Assembly: GCF_036321535.1 (NCBI RefSeq)
Contig: NC_087436.1
Location: forward strand, 73,100,001-73,164,000
From: Camelus dromedarius
Taxonomy: Eukaryota
Length of the DNA: 64,000 bases
Reading direction: 5' to 3'
Shown piece by piece: positions 40,235 through 53,140 of the stretch. The first letter of the stretch is position 1, and every line of letters begins with the position of its first letter. The notes under the pieces are model-generated. The model ran no database searches. It had not been told where the DNA came from and worked only from the letters and a program-made list of their open reading frames with translations. The translations under genes and the position numbers were made by a program.

Positions 40235-43200
40235 TTATTTTTATTTTTTTAACATTTTTTATTGATTTATAATCATTTTACAATGTTGTGTCAAATTCCA
40301 GTGTTCAGCACAATTTTTCAGTTATTCATGGACATATACACACTCATTGACACATTTTTTTCTCTGTGAGTTATCATAACATTTTGTGTATATTTCCCTG
40401 TGCTATACAGTGTAGTCTATTCTACAATTTTGAAATCCCAGTCTATCCCTTCCCACCCTCCACTCCCCTGGTAACCACAAGTCTGTATTCTCTGTCTGTG
40501 AGTCTATTTCTGTCCTTTATTTACGCTTTGTTTTTGTTTGTTTGTTTGTTTTTGTTTTTGTTTTTGTTTTTTAGATTCCACATATGAGCGATCTCATATG
40601 GTATTTTTCTTTCTCTTTCTGGCTTACTTCACTTAGAATGACATTCTCCAGGAGCATCCATGTTGCTGCAAATGGCATTATGTTGTTGGTTTTTATGGCT
40701 GAGTAGTATTCCATTGTATAAATATACCACCTCTTCTTTATCCAGTCACCTGTTGATGGACATTTAGGCTGTTTCCATGTTTTGGCTATTGTAAATAGTG
40801 CTGCTATGAACATTGGGGTGCAGGTGTCATCCTGAAGTAGATTTCCTTCTGGACACAAGCCCAGGAGTGGGATTCCTGGGTCATATGGTAAGTCTATTCC
40901 TAGTCTTTTGAGGAATCTCCACACTGTTTTCCATAGTGGCTGCACCAAACTGCATTCTCACCAGCAGTGTAGGAGGGTTCCCCTTTCTCCACAGCCTTTC
41001 CAGCATTTGTCATTTGTGGATTTTTGAATGACGGCCATTCTGACTGGTGTGAGGTGATATCTCATTGTAGTTTTGATTTGCATTTCTCTGATAATTAGTG
41101 ATATTGAGCATTTTTTCATGTGCTTTTTGATCATTTGTATGTCTTCCTTGGAGAATTGCTTGTTTAGGTCTTCTGCCCATTTTTGGATTGGGTTGTTTAG
41201 GTTTTTCTTATTGAGTCGTATGAGCTGCTTATATATTCTGGAGATCAAGCCTTTGTCGGTTTCACTTGCAAAAATTTTCTCCCATTCCGTAGGTTTTCTT
41301 CTTGTTTTATTTCTGGTTTCCTTTGCTGTGCAGAAGCTTGTAAGTTTCATTAGGTCCCGTTTGTTTATGCTTGTTTTAATTTCTTCTAGGAGAAAATTTT
41401 TTAAATGTATGTCAGATAATGTTTTGCCTATGTTTTCCTCTAGGAGGTTTATTGTATCTTGTCTTATGTTTAAGTCTTTAATCCATTTTGAGTTGATTTT
41501 TGTATATGGTGTAAGGGAGTGTTCTAGCTTCATTGTTTTACATGCTGCTGTCCAGTTTTCCCAACACCATTTGCTGAAGAGACTGTGTTTATTCCAATGT
41601 ATATTCTTGCCTCCTTTGTCAAAGATGAGTTGACCAAAAGTTTGTGGGTTCATTTCTGGGCTCTCTATTCTGTTCCATTGGTCTATATGTCTGTTTTGGT
41701 ACCAATACCATGCTGTCTTGATGACTGTAGCTCTATAGTATTGTCTGAAGTCTGGGAGAGTTATTCCTCCAGCCTCTTTCTTTCTCTTCAGTAATGCTTT
41801 GGCAATTCTAGGTCTTTGATGGTTCCATATGAATTTTATTATGATTTTTTCTAGTTCTGTGAAATATGTCCCGGGTAATTGGATAGGGATTGCATTAAAT
41901 CTGTAGATTGCCTTGGGCAGTGTGACCATTTTAACAATATTGATTCTTCCAATCCAAGAGCATGGAATATCTTTCCACTTTTTAAAGTCTTCTTTAATTT
42001 CCTTCATCAATGGTTTATAGTTTTCTGTGTAAAATTCTTTCACCTCCTTGGTTAGATTTATTCCCAGATATTTTATTACTTTGGGTGCTATTTTAAAGGG
42101 GTTTGTTTCTTTACTTTCTTCTTCTGTTGATTTATCATTAGTGTAAAGAAATGCAACTGATTTTTGAACGTTAATTTTGTAACCTGCTACCTTGCTGAAT
42201 TCTTCAATCAGCTCTAGTAGCTTTTGTGTGGACCTTTTAGGGTTTTCTATATATAGTAACATGTCATCAGCATATAATGACACTTTTACCTCTTCTTTTC
42301 CAATTTGGATCCCTTTTATTTCTTTCTCTTGCCTGACTGCTGTGGCTAGGACTTCCAGGACTATGTTGAATAGGAGTGGTGATAGTGGGCATCCTTGTCT
42401 TGTCCCAGATTTTAGTGGGAAGCTTTCGAGTTTTTCACCGTTGAGTACTATGCTGGCTGTAGGTTTGTCATATATAGCTTTTATTATGTTGAGATATGTT
42501 CCCTCTATACCCACTTTGGCGAGAGTTTTTATCATAAATGGGTGTTGAATTTTATCAAATGCTTTTTCTGCATCGATTGAGATGATCATGTGGTTTTTGT
42601 CCTTTCTCTTGTTGATGTGATGTATTACACTGATTGATTTGCGTATGTTGAACCAGCCTTGTGTCCCTGGGATGAACCCCACTTGGTCATGATGTATAAT
42701 CTTTTTTATGTGTTGTTGGATTCTATTTGCTAAAATTTTGGTGAGGATTTTGGCATCTATGTTCATCAGTGATATTGGCCTATAATTCTCTTTTTTTGTA
42801 GTGTCTTTGCCTGGTTTTGGTATCAGGGTGATGGTGGCTTCATAGAATGAGTTTGGGAGTATTCCCTCCTTTTCAATCGTCTGGAAGAGTTTGAGAAGGA
42901 CTGGTATGAGTTCTTCTTTGTATGTTTGGTAGAATTCCCCGGTGAAGCCGTCCGGTCCTGGACTTTTATTTGTAGGGAGGTTTTTAATTGCTATTTCTAT
43001 TTCCTTTCTAGTGATCAGATTGTTCAAGTGTTCAGATTCTTCTTGATTCAGTTTTGGTGGACAGTATGTTTCCAGAAACTTGTCCAACTCCTCTAGGTTA
43101 TCCAGTTTGGTTCCATATACTTTTTCATAATATTCTCGTATGATATTCTGTATTTCTATTTTGTTTGTTGTAATTTCTCCATTTTCCTTTCTTATTTTGC

Positions 43201-43817
43201 TAATTTGTGCTCTCTCTTTTTTCTTCTTTGTGAGTTTGGCCAGAGGTTTGTCGATTTTATTTACTTTTTCAAAAAACCAGCTTTTGGTTTGGTTGATTTT
43301 TTTCTATGGTCTTGTTAATCTCTATTGTATTTAATTCCTCTCTGATCTTTATTATTTCCTTCCTTCTGCTGCTTTTTGGGGCTTTTTGTTCTTCTTTTTC
43401 TAATTCATTCAGGTGGTGGGTTAAATTGTTTCTTTGAGATTGTTCTTCTTTTTTGAGGAAGGCCTGTATCGCTATAAACTTCCCTCTTAGCACTGCCTTT
43501 GATGTGTCCCATAGGTTTTGAGTGGTTGTGCTTTCATTATCATTTGTCTCAAGGTATTTTTTAATTTCAGCTTTGATTTCCTCATTGATCATGTTTTTTC
43601 AATAACATATTGTTTAATCTCCATGCTTTCCTTTTTTTCTCCTTTGTTTCTCTGTTGTTGATTTCCAGTTTCATGGCATTGTGGTCAGTAAAGATGCTTG
43701 AGATAATTTCTATCTTCTTAAAATTGTTGAGGTTTCTTTTGTGCCCAAGTACATGATCGATCCTGGAAAATGTTCCATGTGCACTTGAAAAGAATGTATA
43801 TCCTATTTTTGGGGGGT
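40235..43817 (-). mobile_element. Young 5'-truncated LINE-1, about 3.6 kb
   Basis: Contains ORF2 sequence, a 3' UTR and an A-rich tail (T-rich on + at about 40235-40260). Flanked by a perfect 16-bp TSD, caaatagtttttattt, at 40219-40234 and 43818-43833. The 5' end is truncated inside the endonuclease domain. Confidence 0.97.
40571..43817 (-). pseudogene. LINE-1 ORF2 remnant (end of endonuclease, reverse transcriptase, Cys-rich C-terminus)
   Basis: The 709-aa ORF 40958-43087 has RT motifs ([29 protein letters not shown]). A TGG>TGA stop at 40958-40960 lies in the CCHC knuckle and the same frame continues in ORF 40571-40948. There is a +1 frameshift in an A-run near 43300 and a frameshift near 43590. 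Endonuclease-end motifs (YTFFSSAHGTFSRIDH, TDHNAMKLEI) read at about 43660-43810. Confidence 0.95.
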
Positions 43818-46119
43818 CAAATAGTTTTTATTTGATCATGGTTTTTGTTCTCATTGTTTCTGTTTCTGCCCCCATGAAACACCTCTGCTTCTGAATATAA
43901 ATTACTGATTCTCTATTTCCATGTCAGTAATCTTCACTTTCATAAAGTGTGTGTCTTTTTAATTTACCTTTTTTTCCCAAGCTCATGGAGAAAATCCCTC
44001 ATGTTCTAATTAGGTTTCTGCAGTGTGAAGTCTACTTTTTACTGCTGTTGCATTCCTAGTTTCTTTGTTAACTTTCAATGTCTCATTCACCATTATACTT
44101 TTAGTTTAGGCATTTCCGGGAGCACTTTTATTTTTAAACCATTGTAGGGAAAAGACAACAATGGTCTGTTGTCTCAAATTCCAAAAATTATACTGTGTAT
44201 CTATATAGAGGAACAAAAACCCAGAAAGAAGCAGAAAGGAGAAAGGGAGAAAATCCAGTGAGTTCAACATATGTTTCTAACATACGAAATGAATTACACA
44301 GTCATCATGAATGAACTCTTACCATCTCCTACACTAGCCAAGTTTCACATCTCTTCACAATTATCTAAAATTTGTTTCACCAACTTTAATATTTATAAAA
44401 ACAGTAATGTTTAAATTTCAGACTGATAAATACAAGCTCCCTAATAAAACAATTTGACAAGGACATCCATTTTGCTTGACTATGAATGACGGGAAAACAC
44501 AACAGAGGACCTTGTCAGTTATGATAAAGCGGCAAGACTAAATCAAATTTAGGTAGTAGAGAACATTACCTCCAGTTAATAAGTCAGCTAACAAAAGCTC
44601 TTTACTGTTTACTAATTTGTAAACTCGGTGTCCTTATAAACAGGGCAGGGAATCTGCAACACAGCATCTAAATAAACATAGCATTTTTAGATTCAAAAAA
44701 TTTGCCTTTTAGTTTTCCTTCAAGCAGACTGTCTTTTTAAAAGAAGACACATATTTTTGATTTCATATTTTCCCTTTGTAAAAGGGGGCTTGTATTATTT
44801 TTCCATACATGCATTGTCTTCCTATCTCAGTCTTTTCTCTCCCTATGATTTTCTATTTCATAGAGTCTGAGTTTTCTTGAATGATATTGAGAACTCCCAA
44901 CATTTTTTAAAAACTTCTACTTGTTCCTTAGTCATAAATATCCTTATTCATCCCTAGGTATATACTGTTTCCGTTCTTGGAGCTACGTTCTCTGAGACTT
45001 CAGAATATTTCCCTTCCTTCACCTTTCCACAGATTTCATATTGTTCTTGTTTTTTCTCTTTCTGTAGTCATCATCAAATGAGGAAAGAGCCATCAGTATT
45101 TGCCAGAATTCTCATCCTCCTGAGAGCTGGTTCTTAGATTGACATCTGGAAAGCAACATGATAAGCAAAGTCCTCTTTTTTTTTAATTTTATTAATATAT
45201 TTTATTTAACTTAGTATTGCATCCAAAATATTAGTATGGTAATATGTTATCAATACAAAAATTATTAATGATATTTATAAATGAATCACTATGCTATACA
45301 CCAGAAATTAGCACAACATTATTAACCCACTACTTCAATTTAAAATATATATAATAAATAAAATAAAATATACATTAGATTTCAAAGACTTAGTACAAAG
45401 CCCTCTTTTTTGTTTCTTGTATTGAGCAGGTATTTGTTATATGCAGCTTTAATGTACTGAATTAAAATGACCTTCTAACCCTATTGCTTGATTCTCTGAT
45501 ACTCTGAATTACTGGAGTATGTTGAAAATGACAATACCCAGGATACAATATTGCCTGGTCTCTTCCCCTAGTTCCATAGTTTTATTCAAGGGAACCAGAT
45601 CTCTCAAGAGTCAATGCTTCATCGCAGGCCCTTAATGCATCCTGCTTTATTCTTTTGTAAAAGTTTCAGGTTCTGAATGGATCCAGAAGAAGCAGTGTGA
45701 GTTTGGGGAGACATAATACACTGACTCTTTTAAAAGTAGAATCCATGAAGTAGAGGAATGAATGGCCAGTTATCTTTTAGAACAAACTCCAGTCATTTTG
45801 TCCTGAGACCAGATGGTGGATGGGGTAATATATCTTCTCCCCCTATTTCAGACAGATGAGAGAATACTGTTTTATAAGAGAAAGTGTGGACAGGCTACCT
45901 ATGCTTTTCTGAATAGTTCCATTAACATTTATTTATCTATCTAGATATATTCAATCAAAATTCAACTGGACATGGTTTTTACATTATCACTAGAGTCTAA
46001 TTAACGTACAAGCCTAGCATAGATGGATGAATGGAATGAAAAAAGAGAAAGAGCAAGAGGAAAGAAGGAAGGGAGGAGGAGAGAGAGAGAAAGAAAAAAT
46101 GAGAAAGATTGAAAGTGAA

Positions 46120-46393
46120 CATCCTTAGGGGCAAATCTCAACCACAAAGGAAGGGAAACCAAAGACTAGTTGCCCCAGATTCCTTATCCTTTTGTGGGAC
46201 AATTCTGAGATGTGCTAAACATAATTCTTCAAAGTGTCCCCAGGAGGACTGAGATCTAGGTGCCCACGGCTCATTAACACACCTTTTATTGATTTTTCCC
46301 TTTGTCCCTCATTTGTGCTTACTGCCTTTCAAATAAATTACTTGAACCCAAGCCCTTATCTGTGTTGCTTTCAGGTGAAATCAAGCCAAGATA
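46120..46393 (+). mobile_element. ERVL LTR fragment (LTR16-like)
   Basis: caaataaattacttgaacccaagcccttatctgtgttgctttcaggtgaaatcaagccaagata. Confidence 0.6.
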
Positions 46394-47983
46394 CGGATGC
46401 TATACAAATATTATATATTAATCTTTGCTTTGGTTTGGGATAAGAGTTGCAGCCTGAAATGTCAGCCTAGAACAATAATCAGATGTTATTAGTCCTCAGA
46501 TGGCAATGTCATCTCATACAATAAGCTCTCTTATTATTTTTTAATTCCTGTTCCTTATGTTCCCTTCATTCTTCATTGGCCTCTGCACTATGAGCATGAA
46601 TTAATTAGAATCATTCACCAACCCGTGACCTCCTCTGATCATCTCATTTCTCCCTCAGTGGATCTACAGAAAGGCAGTTCTACTCAGGATGCCTTTCAAG
46701 GCCACGAGCAGATGGAACAAGCCAATGTGAGACTCTGATGTGGAGGTCTGGGCTGTTTGCTTTTACCACTCCCTTTATGTCAATACTGAGCCAATGCAAT
46801 CCATCCACAAGGACTTAACAATGAACTGCGGAGTTACCACCAAATTTAACAGGTAGCTTACTCTAATCCCAGAATCTCCATGAGAAGCTTTAGAAGGCTA
46901 TACCTAAGTGACAAAAACCTTAGGTAAATTTACACATAGCTGAATTATAACTACATAGACAGTGCAAGCCTCCCTTGTGGTTTTCACATTTGAACATTTT
47001 TAGGGCCACTCTAAAGTTTCTAGTTGTTTTGCTTTCCTGTTTGAGTCATATAGATTCTTTTCTCTGAAAAGAAGAACAAAGCTACTGTTTTGTTTTGTTT
47101 TTGTTTTTTTTTTTTTGGCTTAAATTGGCAGATATCATATTAGGAAAAGGGAAATGAGTCATGGAGTTTCCACACATATTTGGAGAAAGCTGCTTCGGTC
47201 TGTCAACGCTGCCCATGGCCCAAGGCTTGTTGGTGGTGCTATTTGGTCCATAAAAAAGCAGATGGCCCACAAGAAGCTGTTTCCTCTGTTTCATTTGCTT
47301 GCAACAAAAGCACTAAAGCTCTGGCTTTGGACTAGGGTTCCCATGACTAAACTACCTAATCCATTCACCTTTGAGATTCAGGTTCAGATGAGGGTCACTC
47401 TAAAGTCAAACAAACTGTTCCCAAGATGTCCACGTGATGATTGGCTTCAGGGGCATTCAGCCTCGGAGGGACACTGCCCACTGCCAAGGAAAATTTTACT
47501 CAGCTGTATCCTAAGCTTACAAGCCTCAGTAGACACAACGGTGGGACTGTAGTCAGCTCCTTCTGGAGACTGATTATGCTGGGTCACTTGGAAAGTGTAT
47601 GGGTGAACTGTGCTGGAGTGAAATGGACTTGCTTTCCCACATCGCCGTCATCATGCTATGACCAAATGACCCAGGCACATTTCCAAGCTAGCTTGAATTT
47701 CATCCTTGTCCTTCACCTCAAGGTTGACTGCCAAAGGATACAACAGTCTCAGACCTAGGAATTCCCCCTCACAGAGCCCTAGACACCCGTCTGTAGTAGC
47801 ATCATTAAAACCACAAGGTTAAGGGTAACTTTTACCCAAACTTTCTTCAGAAATGAGGCTGGGATAAGACATGGTTAGCTGTCCCATTTGGGGACCAGTA
47901 GGCTTGGAATCCAGTAAATGATGATAACTAATGCTTATGGAGCATTCACCTGAACCAGATACTGTTCTATGTGGTCTACATTC

Positions 47984-48493
47984 TGTGGCATATTGGCTTT
48001 TCCAAAGATGGGTACCACAATCTACCCCATCCCCTACACTCTTCTTACAGAGTGATGTTGACACTCCTCTTACTGAGTGGTAGGATCTTTGACCTTTCCC
48101 CTGACCAGAATGGACCTTTATGACTCCTTCATTCAATGGCTTCTGGAAGAAGTGATGCCATGTGACTTCTGAGGCTATTTCATTAAAGGTGACACACCTT
48201 TCATATGGGTCTATTGGAACATTTGCTCTTGGAACTCAGTTTCCATGCTGCGAGGAAGCCCAAGCCACATGGAGAGTCCAGATGGAGGTGTTCCAACAAC
48301 AGCCTCACTGAGGTCAAGATGTCTTCAGCCCCAGCCACCATTTGACTGCATCTGTATAGTAGATCCTGAATAGGAGTGGTGCAGCTGAACCCAATCAACT
48401 GCTACAACCATGAGCAATAATAGTAAAATGATCATTGTTGTTTTAACATACTAAGTTTGAAGTTATTCTACAGAAATAGATAATTGGAATACA
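47984..48493 (+). mobile_element. MaLR LTR (MLT1F/G-like) inserted in a MIR
   Basis: tgtggc...ccaaagatgg...gaagtgatgccatgtgacttctgaggcta...aatagataattggaataca. Confidence 0.8.
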
Positions 48494-49306
48494 TTTATAA
48501 ACTTACTTAATCTTTACAAAAAAAACCCCAGTGAAATAGGTAGTATTATCCCTACTTTACAGAAGAGGGAAAATGAGGGCACTTAATAGTTAGGTCATGT
48601 GCAAAGCTTACGTAAGTGGCAATGCTTCATTTCAAACCCAAGAAGTCTGGTTTATTAGAGTTTATGCTCTGAATTTCTATGCTGCTTTTTTATGCCCCTC
48701 TTGCCTATGAAGAGACACCGAGAGCAAGAAAAAATATCAGTGCTGGAAAGGGTGGGAGACGGATTGTTTTTTCAAGAAGATGGCACCCATCAATTCAAAA
48801 TCTCCTTTAGCCATGAGGTCCTGTCCCTCCTGGGAGACTTGGCAAAGACAAACTTCTTTGGGAAACTAGCACCAATTCCTTTCTACACCTTCAGTGCCAA
48901 AAGCTGGTGCTGGAGGCAGCCCCAGAGGAGCCATCCATTTCACTTCACTCTCCTTTGCACTGTTTCCTTTACCTGGAGGATGTACCTACCCTACCCAACC
49001 CTAGAATGCACTTCTGGAGAATGCTGATTTCTCTCCTTTATGAAACCAACAAGCTTTGTTGTTAAATCTGAAACCTGAAGACAGAAATTGCATAAATAGT
49101 TAGCAGCAATACCACAGCAGCCGCCTAGGGGGGAGACCAGAAGTGGCCCACTGGACTTACAGGGGTGGAGGTTGAGTCCTACCACAAGAAGGGAATCCAA
49201 CTAAATTTTCATACTTACCATCCAATGTAGAAAGAGCCAGGGAATTTGTAATAATCTCACCTGAAACTTCACACCTACCTCAACTTACCAGCAGTCTAGA
49301 TTTTTT

Positions 49307-51113
49307 TTTGGTATCTTTTTTACTTTGTGTGTGTATATATATCTTTTTTTACTTTGTTTGTTTGTTTGTTTTAATTGAAGTATAGTTAGTTTACAATGTT
49401 GTGTCAATTTCTAGTGTACAGCATAATGTTTCTGTCACATATGAACATACATACATTTGTTTTCATATTCTTTTTCACCATAAGTTACTACAAGATATTG
49501 AATATAGTTCTCTGTGCTATACAGTATGAACTTGTTGACTATCTATATATATATATATTTGTTAGTATCTGAAAATCTCAAACTCCCAATCCCTTCCCCC
49601 CTGCTTCCATCACTGGTAACCATAAGTTTGTTTTTTATGTCTGTAAGTTTGTTTCTGTTTTGTAAGTAAGTTCATTTGGCTTTTGTTTTTTTAGATTCCA
49701 CATATAAGTGATATCATATGGTATTTTTCTTTCTCTTTCTGGCTTGCTTCACTTAAAATGACAATCTCCAGTCCATCCATGTTACTGCAAATGGCATTAT
49801 TTTATTATTTTTTATGGCTGAGTAGTATTCCTTTGTATAAATATACCACTTCTTTATCCAGTCATCTGTTGATGGGCATTTAGTCTGTTTCCATGTCTTG
49901 GCTATTGTAGATAGTGCTGCTATGAACATTGGGGTGCAGGTGTCATTTTGAAGTAGGGTTCCTTCTGGATATATGCCCAGGAGCGGGATTGCTGGGTCAT
50001 ACGGTAAGTCTATTCCTAGTCTTTTGAGGAATCTCCATACTGTTTTCCACAGTGGCTGTGCCAAACTGCATTCCCACCAGCAGTGTAGGAGGGTTCCCTT
50101 TTCTTCACAGCCTTTCCAGCATTTGTCATTTGTGGATTTTTGAATGATGGCCATTCTGACTGGTGTGAGGTGATATCTCATTGTAGTTTTGATTTGCATT
50201 TCTCTGATAATTAACAATATTGAGCATCTTCTCATGTGCCTATTGGCCATTTGTATGTCTTCCTTGGAGAATTGCTTGTTTAGGTCTTCTGCCCATTTCT
50301 AGATTAGGTTGTTTGTTTTTTTCTTACTAAGTTGTATGAGCTATTTCTGTATTTTGGAAATTAAGCCCTTATCAGTCTCACCTTTTGCAAATATTTTTCT
50401 CCCATTCCATGGGTTGTCTTTTTGTTTTGTTTATGGTTTCCTTTGCTGTGCAAAAGCTTACAAATTTAATCAGGTCCCATTTGTTTATTTCTATTGACTG
50501 GGTAGACTGCCCTAAGAGACTGCCCTAAGAGAATATTGCTGAGATTTATGTCAGGTAATGTTTTGCCTATTTTTCTCCTAAGAAGTTTATAGTTATAGTT
50601 TTATGTTTAAGTCTTTAAGCCATTTTGAGTTTATTTTTGTGTATGCTGTGAGGGATTGCTCTAACTTCATTGATTTACATGCAGCCTTCCAGTTTTCCCA
50701 ACACCATTTGCTGAAGAGACTATTTTTAATCCATTGTGTGTTCTTGCCTCCTTTGTCAAAGATTAATTGACCAAAAGTTTGTGGGTTTATTTCTGGGCTC
50801 TCTATTCTGTTCCATTGATCCATATGTCTGTTTTTGTACCAATACCATGCTGTTTTGATTGTAGCTCTGTAGTATTGTCTGAAGTCGGGGAGGGTTATTC
50901 CTCCAGCTTCATTCTTTTTCTTCATTCTTTTGCTTTGGCAATTCTGGATCTTTTGTGATTCCATACAAATTTTAGGATTATTTGTTCTAGTTCTGTGAAA
51001 ATGTCTTGGGTAATCTGATAGGGATTGCATTAAATCTGTGGATTGCTTTGGGTAGTATGGCCATTTTAACAATATTAATTCTTCCAGTCCAAGAGCATGG
51101 AATATCTTTCCAC
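49307..51113 (-). mobile_element. 5'-truncated LINE-1 of a related, more diverged subfamily
   Basis: ORF2 C-terminal fragments (ORFs 49753-50250 and 50593-51225: [31 protein letters not shown]) plus 3' UTR. Possible degenerate TSD cag(t/c)ctagat(t/a)tttt at about 49292-49306 and 51113-51127. Confidence 0.93.
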
Positions 51114-52699
51114 AGCCTAGATATTTTGATAACTCCTTATTTGTGACTTTGTACTCCAGGAAGACTGAAGTTAACCTTGATGAGAACACACCTCTGGGAA
51201 TGAGAGACACTAGAGAGAGAAACATGTTACATAAAAATCATATCTAAGTGTTTATGGGCAAAATTCAAAGCCAGCCCCCACCACAGGGATAAGCTAGCAG
51301 AAATCAGAGCAGGCAGAGATACAAGCAGCCTGGCCTTCTGAAGGATGATAAATTATTTCTGACCCCAGAAGTCACAGAAATGACTCTCCAAACTGTTCAT
51401 TTTTTAATTCCAGTCTGATTACCCCTTCAGCTTCACAGCGGATTTCACAGCACTGGCAGGAAAATTTATCGGCATTAAAAAGACATTTAATTACTGAGTG
51501 AAAGACAGGCAACTTCAAATTGAAACTGCTGATGTGAAAATAAGGATCTAAATTAATAAGTACTTTCTTTCTAGTCCCTTCCAGCGCCTGAGACCTACTC
51601 AGCTTGGCCGTAAGAGTTCCTCATGCTCCCGCACAAGTCCTTCTCCCATGCCCCTTACCTCCACATCATTTCACCTCCAAGCCATTCTAGGGTTCACACC
51701 ACATGTATACCTCACTTTACATTAAGGAATATTTCTTTAAAACTGTCTATCAGATTCTGTAAGCTATGTCATATTCCCCCACCCTCTACCTTTACTCGTT
51801 TTCTGTTTCCATAGTCTTTGTCTTTCATCTAATAGTTCTTCAAATAACTGTGCTTCCCTCAACCCCATACTCTAATTCCACTATTCTCTAGGCCACTTCT
51901 TCCTCCCTCTACTACCATGTCTTCAAGTCATCTTCAAATGGTTAGAACACATAAATACACTGATAGATGAGGAGCTGGAGTGTGGCTCTGTGACCTCCCA
52001 TCTCTTAATTGACAGTTAAGACATTGTGGAAGTTTTTCTGACCTCTGAATGTCCACAGGGCAAATGCCAGGCAGCCCACTGTGAGTTGAACTAAAATTTA
52101 ATTCAAGAATTAAAACACATTCTTCACCTATGAGCATTTTGCCTTTCTAAAGAATCTATCTTTAGGGTTTAATGCAGGAGCCAAATCTCAGCTATTTCAG
52201 ATCATTAAAACCCACAGCACATTTCGAGAGCGGACAGGTGCTAAATCATGTCTTCTGGCCACACTCCACTTTCAGTAATGATGACTGGCACCTGCAAATC
52301 TCCTTTGTGACGTGAGAGTGAGATCTGCAACTGTTTTGCCTGTTTAATAGTTGAGATATTGGTCCCCTGAGAAGGCTGCCTTGCATGCACATGGTCTCTT
52401 CTCATCGTATCCCTTAGGAAATGTCCTCTGAAGTATGGAGACCTTCTCTGAAGTCCTCCCCACTCTCATCATAAAACAAGGAGGCTGAGGTACCACGAAA
52501 CATCTTTTATACTCTATGGATCTCTGCTGTCTTTACAATTACTTTTCCTAAGTCTCTCCAAACATAAAAGGAGGATTGGCAAAATCGAACTATTGCTTTA
52601 AAAATATGTTTCTTATCCCTGAGTGTAGAGATGGCTGAGAATCCCCAAGATTGGAAGAGAAATCATCTCTGAAAAAAAAGCGTTAATGTGGTATATCCC

Positions 52700-53140
52700 T
52701 ACTACTTGGCAATGAAACAAACTGATACACAGAACAATCTAGATGAATCCCCAGAGCATTATGTTGAATAAAAAAAAAAAAGTGAATCTCAAAAGATTAC
52801 ATATTGTATGTTTCCAGTTATACAACATTCTTGAAATGACAAAATTATAGAAATGGAGAAGAGATTAGCATGAGTGCCAACAGTCAAAGAGTGGGTTGGG
52901 TGGGAAGAAGGTGGGTGTAGCCATAAAAGAACAGTGTGGGGGATCCTTGTAGTGATAGAACTACTCTGTATCTTGACTGAATCAAGGTTAACATCCCAGT
53001 TGTGACATTGCACTATAGTTTTGCAAGATGTTACCACTGGGGGAAATAGTAAATGATACACACAATCTCTACTATGTCTTAAAACTGCATGTGAATATAC
53101 AACAATCAAAATAAAAGTTTAACTTAAGAGAGAAAAAAAA
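52700..53140 (+). mobile_element. Old L1 (L1MC-like) 3' end
   Basis: gatgaatccccagagcattatg...ggggatccttgtagtgatagaact...aaaataaaagtttaa. Confidence 0.75.

Noticed and set aside
41073..42548. Plus-strand ORFs of 186, 69 and 118 aa
   Set aside because: Antisense shadows of L1 ORF2.
47154..47758. Overlapping 132-aa and 105-aa ORFs
   Set aside because: No recognisable protein features or exon structure.
49118..49140. CTCF-like gccgcctagggggag
   Set aside because: Mismatches at core positions of the CTCF consensus.
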